From the NCBI RefSeq assembly GCF_036588685.1, contig NC_086376.1, forward strand, positions 20,088,001 to 20,152,000: a stretch of DNA of 64,000 nt, written 5' to 3'. Position numbers and translations under genes: made by a program. The notes below the pieces were generated by a model. It worked only from the letters and a program-made list of their open reading frames with translations. It made no database searches and was not told the origin of the DNA. Below, piece by piece: positions 50,688 to 62,407 of this stretch; the first letter of the stretch is position 1; each line of letters begins with the position of its first letter. The DNA comes from Mytilus trossulus. Its lineage: Eukaryota.

Positions 50688-51838
50688 ACACATAATTAAG
50701 CATCCTTGAAATCACAATATGTTGTGATTTCAAGGATGCCTTTTTTTTTGTCTGAGCTGTTGTTACGGTAAACCGTGCGGACCTTCTTTTAATGTTACTT
50801 GATCAAATACGGTTACGTATTGCGGTTACGGTAAACACATGTTAACGTGTGGTCTACATTCCTTCTTTAGGAATGGTACTTCTTGTTTTATCAATGAGAC
50901 ACTGCTAAGTGATTAAGACTATTTGTTAGTCTAGTTTACCGTACCACCAAACAATCCTTTAACATTTCAGTTTCCCGTTTCTTTGTATTAAATGTTTGAG
51001 AAACAAGATAAGGATATTGATAGGTAAAGATTTCAGGGTTTCTGTCCATTGATATCGAAACATATCAGCCGCGAGCCAGAGAGTTTCACCTTGTGTCGAG
51101 CGACTGAACACCCATAATCTCTTATTCGTTCTTTCACTATGTTTGTGCTAGACAAACGTAGGCCTGACAACGTCTTGTGACGTCGCTGATAACTTCTCAA
51201 ACACTATGACGTTGCTGATATTATCTGCTCAGAGCAAAGACATTTCTAGGTAAACTAATTGTATGAGGGTACGGTAAACAAAGATGCAATACCAAAATAA
51301 AAGGACCCAGTATTATACTTTATAGCCCAGTTTACCGTATCAGCATACAGTTTTTTTTGTCTTCTGTGGAATTCATGTCTAATCCGAAACTCATTGAATA
51401 AATTGGAAGCAAATATCCCCTTGAACATTCAGACAGTGATTTAATTTCGTTTAGTTTGTTGTGGTTAACCTTCAGCGTGCGAAGAAACGGTAAACTGCAG
51501 AGTATACTTATACTAGTTGAGCTACGGTAAACCTTTAATAGAATTTTTATGGTTACGGTAAACATTGCAGTCACAAGCTATGGAAAAGTTTATGGTAACG
51601 GTAAACATATAAGAAAAATGACTTAGAAATGTTAACCGTTTGCAAGAGTAGGTACCATTAATGAAAAGGGGAGCTATTTCCAAAAATGTACTATTTAATT
51701 ATGTAAGGAAGCATTTATTAAGACTTGTCTCCCCTTGAACATCAAGACATGGAAGAGGCCATATCGGCCGATTTACTATATAAGGCTTGCATTTCACTAT
51801 TTGGGATCTTTATCACATCACATCCACGCCAGTTTAAA

Positions 51839-52576
51839 ATGGATTTTTTAATGAACAGTGGACTCTCAAATGTTGTAGCTCTTACTGAAGAAGTTTTCTC
51901 TGCCTCTAGCGAAATATTCGGTAAAGTTGCAATAAAGAAAGTCATCAAAACCTCAACTGAGTTTGAAGCTTTTCTCAGCCTCAAACACGAAAACATCGTC
52001 GAAGCCATTGAAATCATCGAAGCCGAAGAATTTGCCTTCGTTTTGATGGAATTTGCTGAATTCGGAGATGTTTTTGAATACATAATGAACAACGGTCTCA
52101 TGTCCGTTGAAGCCACCCTCTCTCTTTTCTCTCAGGTTGTCAAAGCAATCGAATACTGCCACTCAATTGGAATCGCCCACAATGACATTAAATTAGAAAA
52201 CGTCTTGTTGTCTAATGGTTGTGTCAAATTGGCCGACTTTGGATTTGCCAAGTCGTCCGATATTGTTGCCGAATCTGAAGAATTTTGTGGAACCCTCCCA
52301 TACGCTGCCCCAGAAGTTATTATGGGAATGGAACACAGCACCATGAAAGCCGATATGTGGAGTATGGGAGTTATGCTCTACGTCATGCTCTTCGGAGCTT
52401 TCCCATTCTCCGATAGTGACGCTACCTCTATGGTCCAATCTCAAATCTCAAACACCCTCTTTTTCCCAGAAAACACTAACGAAACGTTAAAGTCTCTCAT
52501 CTCCTCTATGCTTGAACCCTCTATTGAAAAACGCGCTAATGCAAGCTCAGTCCTTCTTGCCTTGAGCCAGTTTTAA
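51839..52576 (+). CDS. Intronless TSSK-like kinase copy 7
   Basis: Intact 245-aa ORF. Confidence 0.88.
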   Translation: MDFLMNSGLSNVVALTEEVFSASSEIFGKVAIKKVIKTSTEFEAFLSLKHENIVEAIEIIEAEEFAFVLMEFAEFGDVFEYIMNNGLMSVEATLSLFSQVVKAIEYCHSIGIAHNDIKLENVLLSNGCVKLADFGFAKSSDIVAESEEFCGTLPYAAPEVIMGMEHSTMKADMWSMGVMLYVMLFGAFPFSDSDATSMVQSQISNTLFFPENTNETLKSLISSMLEPSIEKRANASSVLLALSQF

Positions 52577-53727
52577 ACACATAATTAAGCATCCTTGAAA
52601 TCACAATATGTTGTGATTTCAAGGATGCCTTTTTTTTTGTCTGAGCTGTTGTTACGGTAAACCGTGCGGACCTTCTTTTAATGTTACTTGATCAAATACG
52701 GTTACGTATTGCGGTTACGGTAAACACATGTTAACGTTTGGTCTACATTCCTTCTTTAGGAATGGTACTTCTTGTTTTATCAATGAGACACTGCTAAGTG
52801 ATTAAGACTATTTGTTAGTCTAGTTTACCGTACCACCAAACAATCCTTTAACATTTCAGTTTCCCGTTTCTTTGTATTAAATGTTTGAGAAACAAGATAA
52901 GGATATTGATAGGTAAAGATTTCAGGGTTTCTGTCCATTGATATCGAAACATATCAGCCGCGAGCCAGAGAGTTTCACCTTGTGTCGAGCGACTGAACAC
53001 CCATAATCTCTTATTCGTTCTTTCACTATGTTTGTGCTAGACAAACGTAGGCCTGACAACGTCTTGTGACGTCGCTGATAACTTCTCAAACACTATGACG
53101 TTGCTGATATTATCTGCTCAGAGCAAAGACATTTCTAGGTAAACTAATTGTATGAGGGTACGGTAAACAAAGATGCAATACCAAAATAAAAGGACCCAGT
53201 ATTATACTTTATAGTCCAGTTTACCGTATCAGCATACAGTTTTTTTTGTCTTCTGTGGAATTCATTTCTAATCCGAAACTCATTGAATAAATTGGAAGCA
53301 AATATCCCCTTGAACATTCAGACAGTGATTTAATTTCGTTTAGTTTGTTGTGGTTAACCTTCAGCGTGCGAAGAAACGGTAAACTGCAGAGTATACTTAT
53401 ACTAGTTGAGCTACGGTAAACCTTTAATAGAATTTTTATGGTTACGGTAAACATTGCAGTCACAAGCTATGGAAAAGTTTATGGTAACGGTAAACATATA
53501 AGAAAAATGACTTAGAAATGTTAACCGTTTGCCAGAGTAGGTACCATTAATGAAAAGGGGGGCTATTTCCAAAAATGTACTATTTAATTATGTAAGGAAG
53601 CATTTATTAAGACTTGTCTCCCCTTGAACATCAAGACATGGAAGAGGCCATATCGGCCGATTTACTATATAAGGCTTGCATTTCACTATTTGGGATCTTT
53701 ATCACATCACATCCACGCCAGTTTAAA

Positions 53728-54465
53728 ATGGATTTTTTAATGAACAGTGGACTCTCAAATGTTGTAGCTCTTACTGAAGAAGTTTTCTCTGCCTCTAGCG
53801 AAATATTCGGTAAAGTTGCAATAAAGAAAGTCATCAAAACCTCAACTGAGTTTGAAGCTTTTCTCAGCCTCAAACACGAAAACATCGTCGAAGCCATTGA
53901 AATCATCGAAGCCGAAGAATTTGCCTTCGTTTTGATGGAATTTGCTGAATTCGGAGATGTTTTTGAATACATAATGAACAACGGTCTCATGTCCGTTGAA
54001 GCCACCCTCTCTCTTTTCTCTCAGGTTGTCAAAGCAATCGAATACTGCCACTCAATTGGAATCGCCCACAATGACATTAAATTAGAAAACGTCTTGTTGT
54101 CTAATGGTTGTGTCAAATTGGCCGACTTTGGATTTGCCAAGTCGTCCGATATTGTTGCCGAATCTGAAGAATTTTGTGGAACCCTCCCATACGCTGCCCC
54201 AGAAGTTATTATGAGAATGGAACACAGCACCATGAAAGCCGATATGTGGAGTATGGGAGTTATGCTCTACGTCATGCTCTTCGGAGCTTTCCCATTCTCC
54301 GATAGTGACGCTACCTCTATGGTCCAATCTCAAATCTCAAACACCCTCTTTTTCCCAGAAAACACTAACGAAACGTTAAAGTCTCTCATCTCCTCTATGC
54401 TTGAACCCTCTATTGAAAAACGCGCTAATGCAAGCTCAGTCCTTCTTGCCTTGAGCCAGTTTTAA
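53728..54465 (+). CDS. Intronless TSSK-like kinase copy 8 (G>R after APE)
   Basis: Intact ORF; EVIMRMEH instead of EVIMGMEH. Confidence 0.86.
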   Translation: MDFLMNSGLSNVVALTEEVFSASSEIFGKVAIKKVIKTSTEFEAFLSLKHENIVEAIEIIEAEEFAFVLMEFAEFGDVFEYIMNNGLMSVEATLSLFSQVVKAIEYCHSIGIAHNDIKLENVLLSNGCVKLADFGFAKSSDIVAESEEFCGTLPYAAPEVIMRMEHSTMKADMWSMGVMLYVMLFGAFPFSDSDATSMVQSQISNTLFFPENTNETLKSLISSMLEPSIEKRANASSVLLALSQF

Positions 54466-55616
54466 ACACATAATTAAGCATCCTTGAAATCACAATATGT
54501 TGTGATTTCAAGGATGCCTTTTTTTTTGTCTGAGCTGTTGTTACGGTAAACCGTGCGGACCTTCTTTTAATGTTACTTGATCAAATACGGTTACGTATTG
54601 CGGTTACGGTAAACACATGTTAACGTTTGGTCTACATTCCTTCTTTAGGAATGGTACTTCTTGTTTTATCAATGAGACACTGCTAAGTGATTAAGACTAT
54701 TTGTTAGTCTAGTTTACCGTACCACCAAACAATCCTTTAACATTTCAGTTTCCCGTTTCTTTGTATTAAATGTTTGAGAAACAAGATAAGGATATTGATA
54801 GGTAAAGATTTCAGGGTTTCTGTCCATTGATATCGAAACATATCAGCCGCGAGCCAGAGAGTTTCACCTTGTGTCGAGCGACTGAACACCCATAATCTCT
54901 TATTCGTTCTTTCACTATGTTTGTGCTAGACAAACGTAGGCCTGACAACGTCTTGTGACGTCGCTGATAACTTCTCAAACACTATGACGTTGCTGATATT
55001 ATCTGCTCAGAGCAAAGACATTTCTAGGTAAACTAATTGTATGAGGGTACGGTAAACAAAGATGCAATACCAAAATAAAAGGACCCAGTATTATACTTTA
55101 TAGTCCAGTTTACCGTATCAGCATACAGTTTTTTTTGTCTTCTGTGGAATTCATTTCTAATCCGAAACTCATTGAATAAATTGGAAGCAAATATCCCCTT
55201 GAACATTCAGACAGTGATTTAATTTCGTTTAGTTTGTTGTGGTTAACCTTCAGCGTGCGAAGAAACGGTAAACTGCAGAGTATACTTATACTAGTTGAGC
55301 TACGGTAAACCTTTAATAGAATTTTTATGGTTACGGTAAACATTGCAGTCACAAGCTATGGAAAAGTTTATGGTAACGGTAAACATATAAGAAAAATGAC
55401 TTAGAAATGTTAACCGTTTGCAAGAGTAGGTACCATTAATGAAAAGGGGAGCTATTTCCAAAAATGTACTATTTAATTATGTAAGGAAGCATTTATTAAG
55501 ACTTGTCTCCCCTTGAACATCAAGACATGGAAGAGGCCATATCGGCCGATTTACTATATAAGGCTTGCATTTCACTATTTGGGATCTTTATCACATCACA
55601 TCCACGCCAGTTTAAA

Positions 55617-56354
55617 ATGGATTTTTTAATGAACAGTGGACTCTCAAATGTTGTAGCTCTTACTGAAGAAGTTTTCTCTGCCTCTAGCGAAATATTCGGT
55701 AAAGTTGCAATAAAGAAAGTCATCAAAACCTCAACTGAGTTTGAAGCTTTTCTCAGCCTCAAACACGAAAACATCGTCGAAGCCATTGAAATCATTGAAG
55801 CCGAAGAATTTGCCTTCGTTTTGATGGAATTTGCTGAATTCGGAGATGTTTTTGAATACATAATGAACAACGGTCTCATGTCCGTTGAAGCCACCCTCTC
55901 TCTTTTCTCTCAGGTTGTCAAAGCAATCGAATACTGCCACTCAATTGGAATCGCCCACAATGACATTAAATTAGAAAACGTCTTGTTGTCTAATGGTTGT
56001 GTCAAATTGGCCGACTTTGGATTTGCCAAGTCGTCCGATATTGTTGCCGAATCTGAAGAATTTTGTGGAACCCTCCCATACGCTGCCCCAGAAGTTATTA
56101 TGGGAATGGAACACAGCACCATGAAAGCCGATATGTGGAGTATGGGAGTAATGCTCTACGTCATGCTCTTCGGAGCTTTCCCATTCTCCGATAGTGACGC
56201 TACCTCTATGGTCCAATCTCAAATCTCAAACACCCTCTTTTTCCCAGAAAACACTAACGAAACGTTAAAGTCTCTCATCTCCTCTATGCTTGAACCCTCT
56301 ATTGAAAAACGCGCTAATGCAAGCTCAGTCCTTCTTGCCTTGAGCCAGTTTTAA
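55617..56354 (+). CDS. Intronless TSSK-like kinase copy 9
   Basis: Intact ORF; two synonymous changes seen. Confidence 0.88.
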   Translation: MDFLMNSGLSNVVALTEEVFSASSEIFGKVAIKKVIKTSTEFEAFLSLKHENIVEAIEIIEAEEFAFVLMEFAEFGDVFEYIMNNGLMSVEATLSLFSQVVKAIEYCHSIGIAHNDIKLENVLLSNGCVKLADFGFAKSSDIVAESEEFCGTLPYAAPEVIMGMEHSTMKADMWSMGVMLYVMLFGAFPFSDSDATSMVQSQISNTLFFPENTNETLKSLISSMLEPSIEKRANASSVLLALSQF

Positions 56355-57505
56355 ACACATAATTAAGCATCCTTGAAATCACAATATGTTGTGATTTCAA
56401 GGATGCCTTTTTTTTTGTCTGAGCTGTTGTTACGGTAAACCGTGCGGACCTTCTTTTAATGTTACTTGATCAAATACGGTTACGTATTGCGGTTACGGTA
56501 AACACATGTTAACGTTTGGTCTACATTCCTTCTTTAGGAATGGTACTTCTTGTTTTATCAATGAGACACTGCTAAGTGATTAAGACTATTTGTTAGTCTA
56601 GTTTACCGTACCACCAAACAATCCTTTAACATTTCAGTTTCCCGTTTCTTTGTATTAAATGTTTGAGAAACAAGATAAGGATATTGATAGGTAAAGATTT
56701 CAGGGTTTCTGTCCATTGATATCGAAACATATCAGCCGCGAGCCAGAGAGTTTCACCTTGTGTCGAGCGACTGAACACCCATAATCTCTTATTCGTTCTT
56801 TCACTATGTTTGTGCTAGACAAACGTAGGCCTGACAACGTCTTGTGACGTCGCTGATAACTTCTCAAACACTATGACGTTGCTGATATTATCTGCTCAGA
56901 GCAAAGACATTTCTAGGTAAACTAATTGTATGAGGGTACGGTAAACAAAGATGCAATACCAAAATAAAAGGACCCAGTATTATACTTTATAGTCCAGTTT
57001 ACCGTATCAGCATACAGTTTTTTTTGTCTTCTGTGGAATTCATTTCTAATCCGAAACTCATTGAATAAATTGGAAGCAAATATCCCCTTGAACATTCAGA
57101 CAGTGATTTAATTTCGTTTAGTTTGTTGTGGTTAACCTTCAGCGTGCGAAGAAACGGTAAACTGCAGAGTATACTTATACTAGTTGAGCTACGGTAAACC
57201 TTTAATAGAATTTTTATGGTTACGGTAAACATTGCAGTCACAAGCTATGGAAAAGTTTATGGTAACGGTAAACATATAAGAAAAATGACTTAGAAATGTT
57301 AACCGTTTGCAAGAGTAGGTACCATTAATGAAAAGGGGAGCTATTTCCAAAAATGTACTATTTAATTATGTAAGGAAGCATTTATTAAGACTTGTCTCCC
57401 CTTGAACATCAAGACATGGAAGAGGCCATATCGGCCGATTTACTATATAAGGCTTGCATTTCACTATTTGGGATCTTTATCACATCACATCCACGCCAGT
57501 TTAAA

Positions 57506-58243
57506 ATGGATTTTTTAATGAACAGTGGACTCTCAAATGTTGTAGCTCTTACTGAAGAAGTTTTCTCTGCCTCTAGCGAAATATTCGGTAAAGTTGCAAT
57601 AAAGAAAGTCATCAAAACCTCAACTGAGTTTGAAGCTTTTCTCAGCCTCAAACACGAAAACATCGTCGAAGCCATTGAAATCATCGAAGCCGAAGAATTT
57701 GCCTTCGTTTTGATGGAATTTGCTGAATTCGGAGATGTTTTTGAATACATAATGAACAACGGTCTCATGTCCGTTGAAGCCACCCTCTCTCTTTTCTCTC
57801 AGGTTGTCAAAGCAATCGAATACTGCCACTCAATTGGAATCGCCCACAATGACATTAAATTAGAAAACGTCTTGTTGTCTAATGGTTGTGTCAAATTGGC
57901 CGACTTTGGATTTGCCAAGTCGTCCGATATTGTTGCCGAATCTGAAGAATTTTGTGGAACCCTCCCATACGCTGCCCCAGAAGTTATTATGGGAATGGAA
58001 CACAGCACCATGAAAGCCGATATGTGGAGTATGGGAGTTATGCTCTACGTCATGCTCTTCGGAGCTTTCCCATTCTCCGATAGTGACGCTACCTCTATGG
58101 TCCAATCTCAAATCTCAAACACCCTCTTTTTCCCAGAAAACACTAACGAAACGTTAAAGTCTCTCATCTCCTCTATGCTTGAACCCTCTATTGAAAAACG
58201 CGCTAATGCAAGCTCAGTCCTTCTTGCCTTGAGCCAGTTTTAA
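57506..58243 (+). CDS. Intronless TSSK-like kinase copy 10
   Basis: Intact 245-aa ORF. Confidence 0.88.
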   Translation: MDFLMNSGLSNVVALTEEVFSASSEIFGKVAIKKVIKTSTEFEAFLSLKHENIVEAIEIIEAEEFAFVLMEFAEFGDVFEYIMNNGLMSVEATLSLFSQVVKAIEYCHSIGIAHNDIKLENVLLSNGCVKLADFGFAKSSDIVAESEEFCGTLPYAAPEVIMGMEHSTMKADMWSMGVMLYVMLFGAFPFSDSDATSMVQSQISNTLFFPENTNETLKSLISSMLEPSIEKRANASSVLLALSQF

Positions 58244-59393
58244 ACACATAATTAAGCATCCTTGAAATCACAATATGTTGTGATTTCAAGGATGCCTTTT
58301 TTTTGTCTGAGCTGTTGTTACGGTAAACCGTGCGGACCTTCTTTTAATGTTACTTGATCAAATACGGTTACGTATTGCGGTTACGGTAAACACATGTTAA
58401 CGTTTGGTCTACATTCCTTCTTTAGGAATGGTACTTCTTGTTTTATCAATGAGACACTGCTAAGTGATTAAGACTATTTGTTAGTCTAGTTTACCGTACC
58501 ACCAAACAATCCTTTAACATTTCAGTTTCCCGTTTCTTTGTATTAAATGTTTGAGAAACAAGATAAGGATATTGATAGGTAAAGATTTCAGGGTTTCTGT
58601 CCATTGATATCGAAACATATCAGCCGCGAGCCAGAGAGTTTCACCTTGTGTCGAGCGACTGAACACCCATAATCTCTTATTCGTTCTTTCACTATGTTTG
58701 TGCTAGACAAACGTAGGCCTGACAACGTCTTGTGACGTCGCTGATAACTTCTCAAACACTATGACGTTGCTGATATTATCTGCTCAGAGCAAAGACATTT
58801 CTAGGTAAACTAATTGTATGAGGGTACGGTAAACAAAGATGCAATACCAAAATAAAAGGACCCAGTATTATACTTTATAGTCCAGTTTACCGTATCAGCA
58901 TACATTTTTTTTTGTCTTCTGTGGAATTCATTTCTAATCCGAAACTCATTGAATAAATTGGAAGCAAATATCCCCTTGAACATTCAGACAGTGATTTAAT
59001 TTCGTTTAGTTTGTTGTGGTTAACCTTCAGCGTGCGAAGAAACGGTAAACTGCAGAGTATACTTATACTAGTTGAGCTACGGTAAACCTTTAATAGAATT
59101 TTTATGGTTACGGTAAACATTGCAGTCACAAGCTATGGAAAAGTTTATGGTAACGGTAAACATATAAGAAAAATGACTTAGAAATGTTAACCGTTTGCAA
59201 GAGTAGGTACCATTAATGAAAAGGGGAGCTATTTCCAAAAATGTACTATTTAATTATGTAAGGAAGCATTTATGAAGACTTGTCTCCCCTTGAACATCAA
59301 GACATGGAAGAGGCCATATCGGCCGATTTACTATATAAGGCTTGCATTTCACTATTTGGGATCTTTATCACATCACATCCACGCCAGTTTAAA

Positions 59394-60131
59394 ATGGATT
59401 TTTTAATGAACAGTGGACTCTCAAATGTTGTAGCTCTTACTGAAGAAGTTTTCTCTGCCTCTAGCGAAATATTCGGTAAAGTTGCAATAAAGAAAGTCAT
59501 CAAAACCTCAACTGAGTTTGAAGCTTTTCTCAGCCTCAAACACGAAAACATCGTCGAAGCCATTGAAATCATCGAAGCCGAAGAATTTGCCTTCGTTTTG
59601 ATGGAATTTGCTGAATTCGGAGATGTTTTTGAATACATAATGAACAACGGTCTCATGTCCGTTGAAGCCACCCTCTCTCTTTTCTCTCAGGTTGTCAAAG
59701 CAATCGAATACTGCCACTCAATTGGAATCGCCCACAATGACATTAAATTAGAAAACGTCTTGTTGTCTAATGGTTGTGTCAAATTGGCCGACTTTGGATT
59801 TGCCAAGTCGTCCGATATTGTTGCCGAATCTGAAGAATTTTGTGGAACCCTCCCATACGCTGCCCCAGAAGTTATTATGGGAATGGAACACAGCACCATG
59901 AAAGCCGATATGTGGAGTATGGGAGTTATGCTCTACGTCATGCTCTTCGGAGCTTTCCCATTCTCCGATAGTGACGCTACCTCTATGGTCCAATCTCAAA
60001 TCTCAAACACCCTCTTTTTCCCAGAAAACACTAACGAAACGTTAAAGTCTCTCATCTCCTCTATGCTTGAACCCTCTATTGAAAAACGCGCTAATGCAAG
60101 CTCAGTCCTTCTTGCCTTGAGCCAGTTTTAA
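59394..60131 (+). CDS. Intronless TSSK-like kinase copy 11
   Basis: Intact ORF; downstream hairpin shortened by a 19-bp deletion. Confidence 0.88.
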   Translation: MDFLMNSGLSNVVALTEEVFSASSEIFGKVAIKKVIKTSTEFEAFLSLKHENIVEAIEIIEAEEFAFVLMEFAEFGDVFEYIMNNGLMSVEATLSLFSQVVKAIEYCHSIGIAHNDIKLENVLLSNGCVKLADFGFAKSSDIVAESEEFCGTLPYAAPEVIMGMEHSTMKADMWSMGVMLYVMLFGAFPFSDSDATSMVQSQISNTLFFPENTNETLKSLISSMLEPSIEKRANASSVLLALSQF

Positions 60132-61263
60132 ACACATAATTAAGCATCCTTGTTTCAAGGATGCCTTTTTTTTTGTCTGAGCTGTTGTTACGGTAAACCG
60201 TGCGGACCTTCTTTTAATGTTACTTGATCAAATACGGTTACGTATTGCGGTTACGGTAAACACATGTTAACGTTTGGTCTACATTCCTTCTTTAGGAATG
60301 GTACTTCTTGTTTTATCAATGAGACACTGCTAAGTGATTAAGACTATTTGTTAGTCTAGTTTACCGTACCACCAAACAATCCTTTAACATTTCAGTTTCC
60401 CGTTTCTTTGTATTAAATGTTTGAGAAACAAGATAAGGATATTGATAGGTAAAGATTTCAGGGTTTCTGTCCATTGAAATCGAAACATATCAGCCGCGAG
60501 CCAGAGAGTTTCACCTTGTGTCGAGCGACTGAACACCCATAATCTCTTATTCGTTCTTTCACTATGTTTGTGCTAGACAAACGTAGGCCTGACAACGTCT
60601 TGTGACGTCGCTGATAACTTCTCAAACACTATGACGTTGCTGATATTATCTGCTCAGAGCAAAGACATTTCTAGGTAAACTAATTGTATGAGGGTACGGT
60701 AAACAAAGATGCAATACCAAAATAAAAGGACCCAGTATTATACTTTATAGTCCAGTTTACCGTATCAGCATACAGTTTTTTTTGTCTTCTGTGGAATTCA
60801 TTTCTAATCCGAAACTCATTGAATAAATTGGAAGCAAATATCCCCTTGAACATTCAGACAGTGATTTAATTTCGTTTAGTTTGTTGTGGTTAACCTTCAG
60901 CGTGCGAAGAAACGGTAAACTGCAGAGTATACTTATACTAGTTGAGCTACGGTAAACCTTTAATAGAATTTTTATGGTTACGGTAAACATTGCAGTCACA
61001 AGCTATGGAAAAGTTTATGGTAACGGTAAACATATAAGAAAAATGACTTAGAAATGTTAACCGTTTGCAAGAGTAGGTACCATTAATGAAAAGGGGAGCT
61101 ATTTCCAAAAATGTACTATTTAATTATGTAAGGAAGCATTTATTAAGACTTGTCTCCCCTTGAACATCAAGACATGGAAGAGGCCATATCGGCCGATTTA
61201 CTATATAAGGCTTGCATTTCACTATTTGGGATCTTTATCACATCACATCCACGCCAGTTTAAA

Positions 61264-61947
61264 ATGGATTTTTTAATGAACAGTGGACTCTCAAATGTTG
61301 TAGCTCTTACTGAAGAAGTTTTCTCTGCCTCTAGCGAAATATTCGTTAAAGTTGCAATAAAGAAAGTCATCAAAACCTCAACTGAGTTTGAAGCTTTTCT
61401 CAGCCTCAAACACGAAAACATCGTCGAAGCCATTGAAATCATCGAAGCCGAAGAATTTGCCTTCGTTTTGATGGAATTTGCTGAATTCGGAGATGTTTTT
61501 GAATACATAATGAACAACGGTCTCATGTCCGTTGAAGCCACCCTCTCTCTTTTCTCTCAGGTTGTCAAAGCAATCGAATACTGCCACTCAATTGGAATCG
61601 CCCACAATGACATTAAATTAGAAAACGTCTTGTTGTCTAATGGTTGTGTCAAATTGGCCGACTTTGGATTTGCCAAGTCGTCCGATATTGTTGCCGAATC
61701 TGAAGAATTTTGTGGAACCCTCCCATACGCTGCCCCAGAAGTTATTATGGGAATGGAACACAGCACCATGAAAGCCGATATGTGGAGTATGGGAGTTATG
61801 CTCCACGTCATGCTCTTCGGGGCTTTCCCATTCTCCGATAGTGACGCTACCTCTATGGTCCAATCTCAAATCTCAAACACCCTCTTTTTCCCAGAAATTT
61901 TAGTAATTAAAAATACTTTTAATTGGCCAAATCAAACAAGAAATTGA
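61264..61947 (+). pseudogene. Kinase copy 12, truncated at the array end (61897) and read through into flank
   Basis: Matches unit up to ...FFPE, then unrelated ILVIKNTF...; G>V and Y>H substitutions. Confidence 0.9.
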
Positions 61948-62044
61948 GAGAATTCAAGAATCGCGATGGCAAATATGTTGCAAACAAAATCATTTTTTTT
62001 TATTTTTTCTGTTACTGGGTTGTGGCAATAACCCCTCGATGTGA

Positions 62045-62407
62045 TGAGCTCTCTCCATCCACTACTACTGCTTGTGTCCGATGTGATAGGAAGCTAGCAA
62101 TCCACCTATTGACATTTCCTCTGATTCCGTAGTGTTCGAGTTTATGGACGAGTAGACTGTGACCAACTTTGTCGAAAGCCTTAGAGAAATCCACAATTAG
62201 TACGTCTGTCTGTTTACCTGCACTCATGTTTTAGTGATGTCGTCCACAAAAATCAATTAGCTGGGTTTCACAAGAACGTTTGGAGCGAAAGCCATGTTGT
62301 AATGGGTATAGAATTTGGTGGCGATCTGCATGGTTCATGATATGGCTTGTGATTATGTTCTCTATGAGTTTGCAGCATATACAAGTCAGAGATATTGGTC
62401 GGTAGTT
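62045..62407 (-). mobile_element. LINE reverse transcriptase fragment (CR1/L2-like)
   Basis: Minus strand encodes YRPISLTCICCK..QHGFR..SCETQL and DFSKAFDKVGH..GIRG, frameshifted. Confidence 0.9.

Larger units (their letters stand above)
32508..61897 (+). repeat. Tandem array of 12 x ~1889-bp kinase-gene units (first unit expanded by transposon insertions)
   Basis: ORF starts recur every 1870-1893 bp (mostly 1889); units differ at only a handful of positions. Confidence 0.99.

Noticed and set aside
32490-61945. AAATCAATCAAGA (left flank) vs AAATCAAACAAGA (right flank) as a TSD of the array
   Set aside because: Imperfect, AT-rich and not adjacent to both junctions
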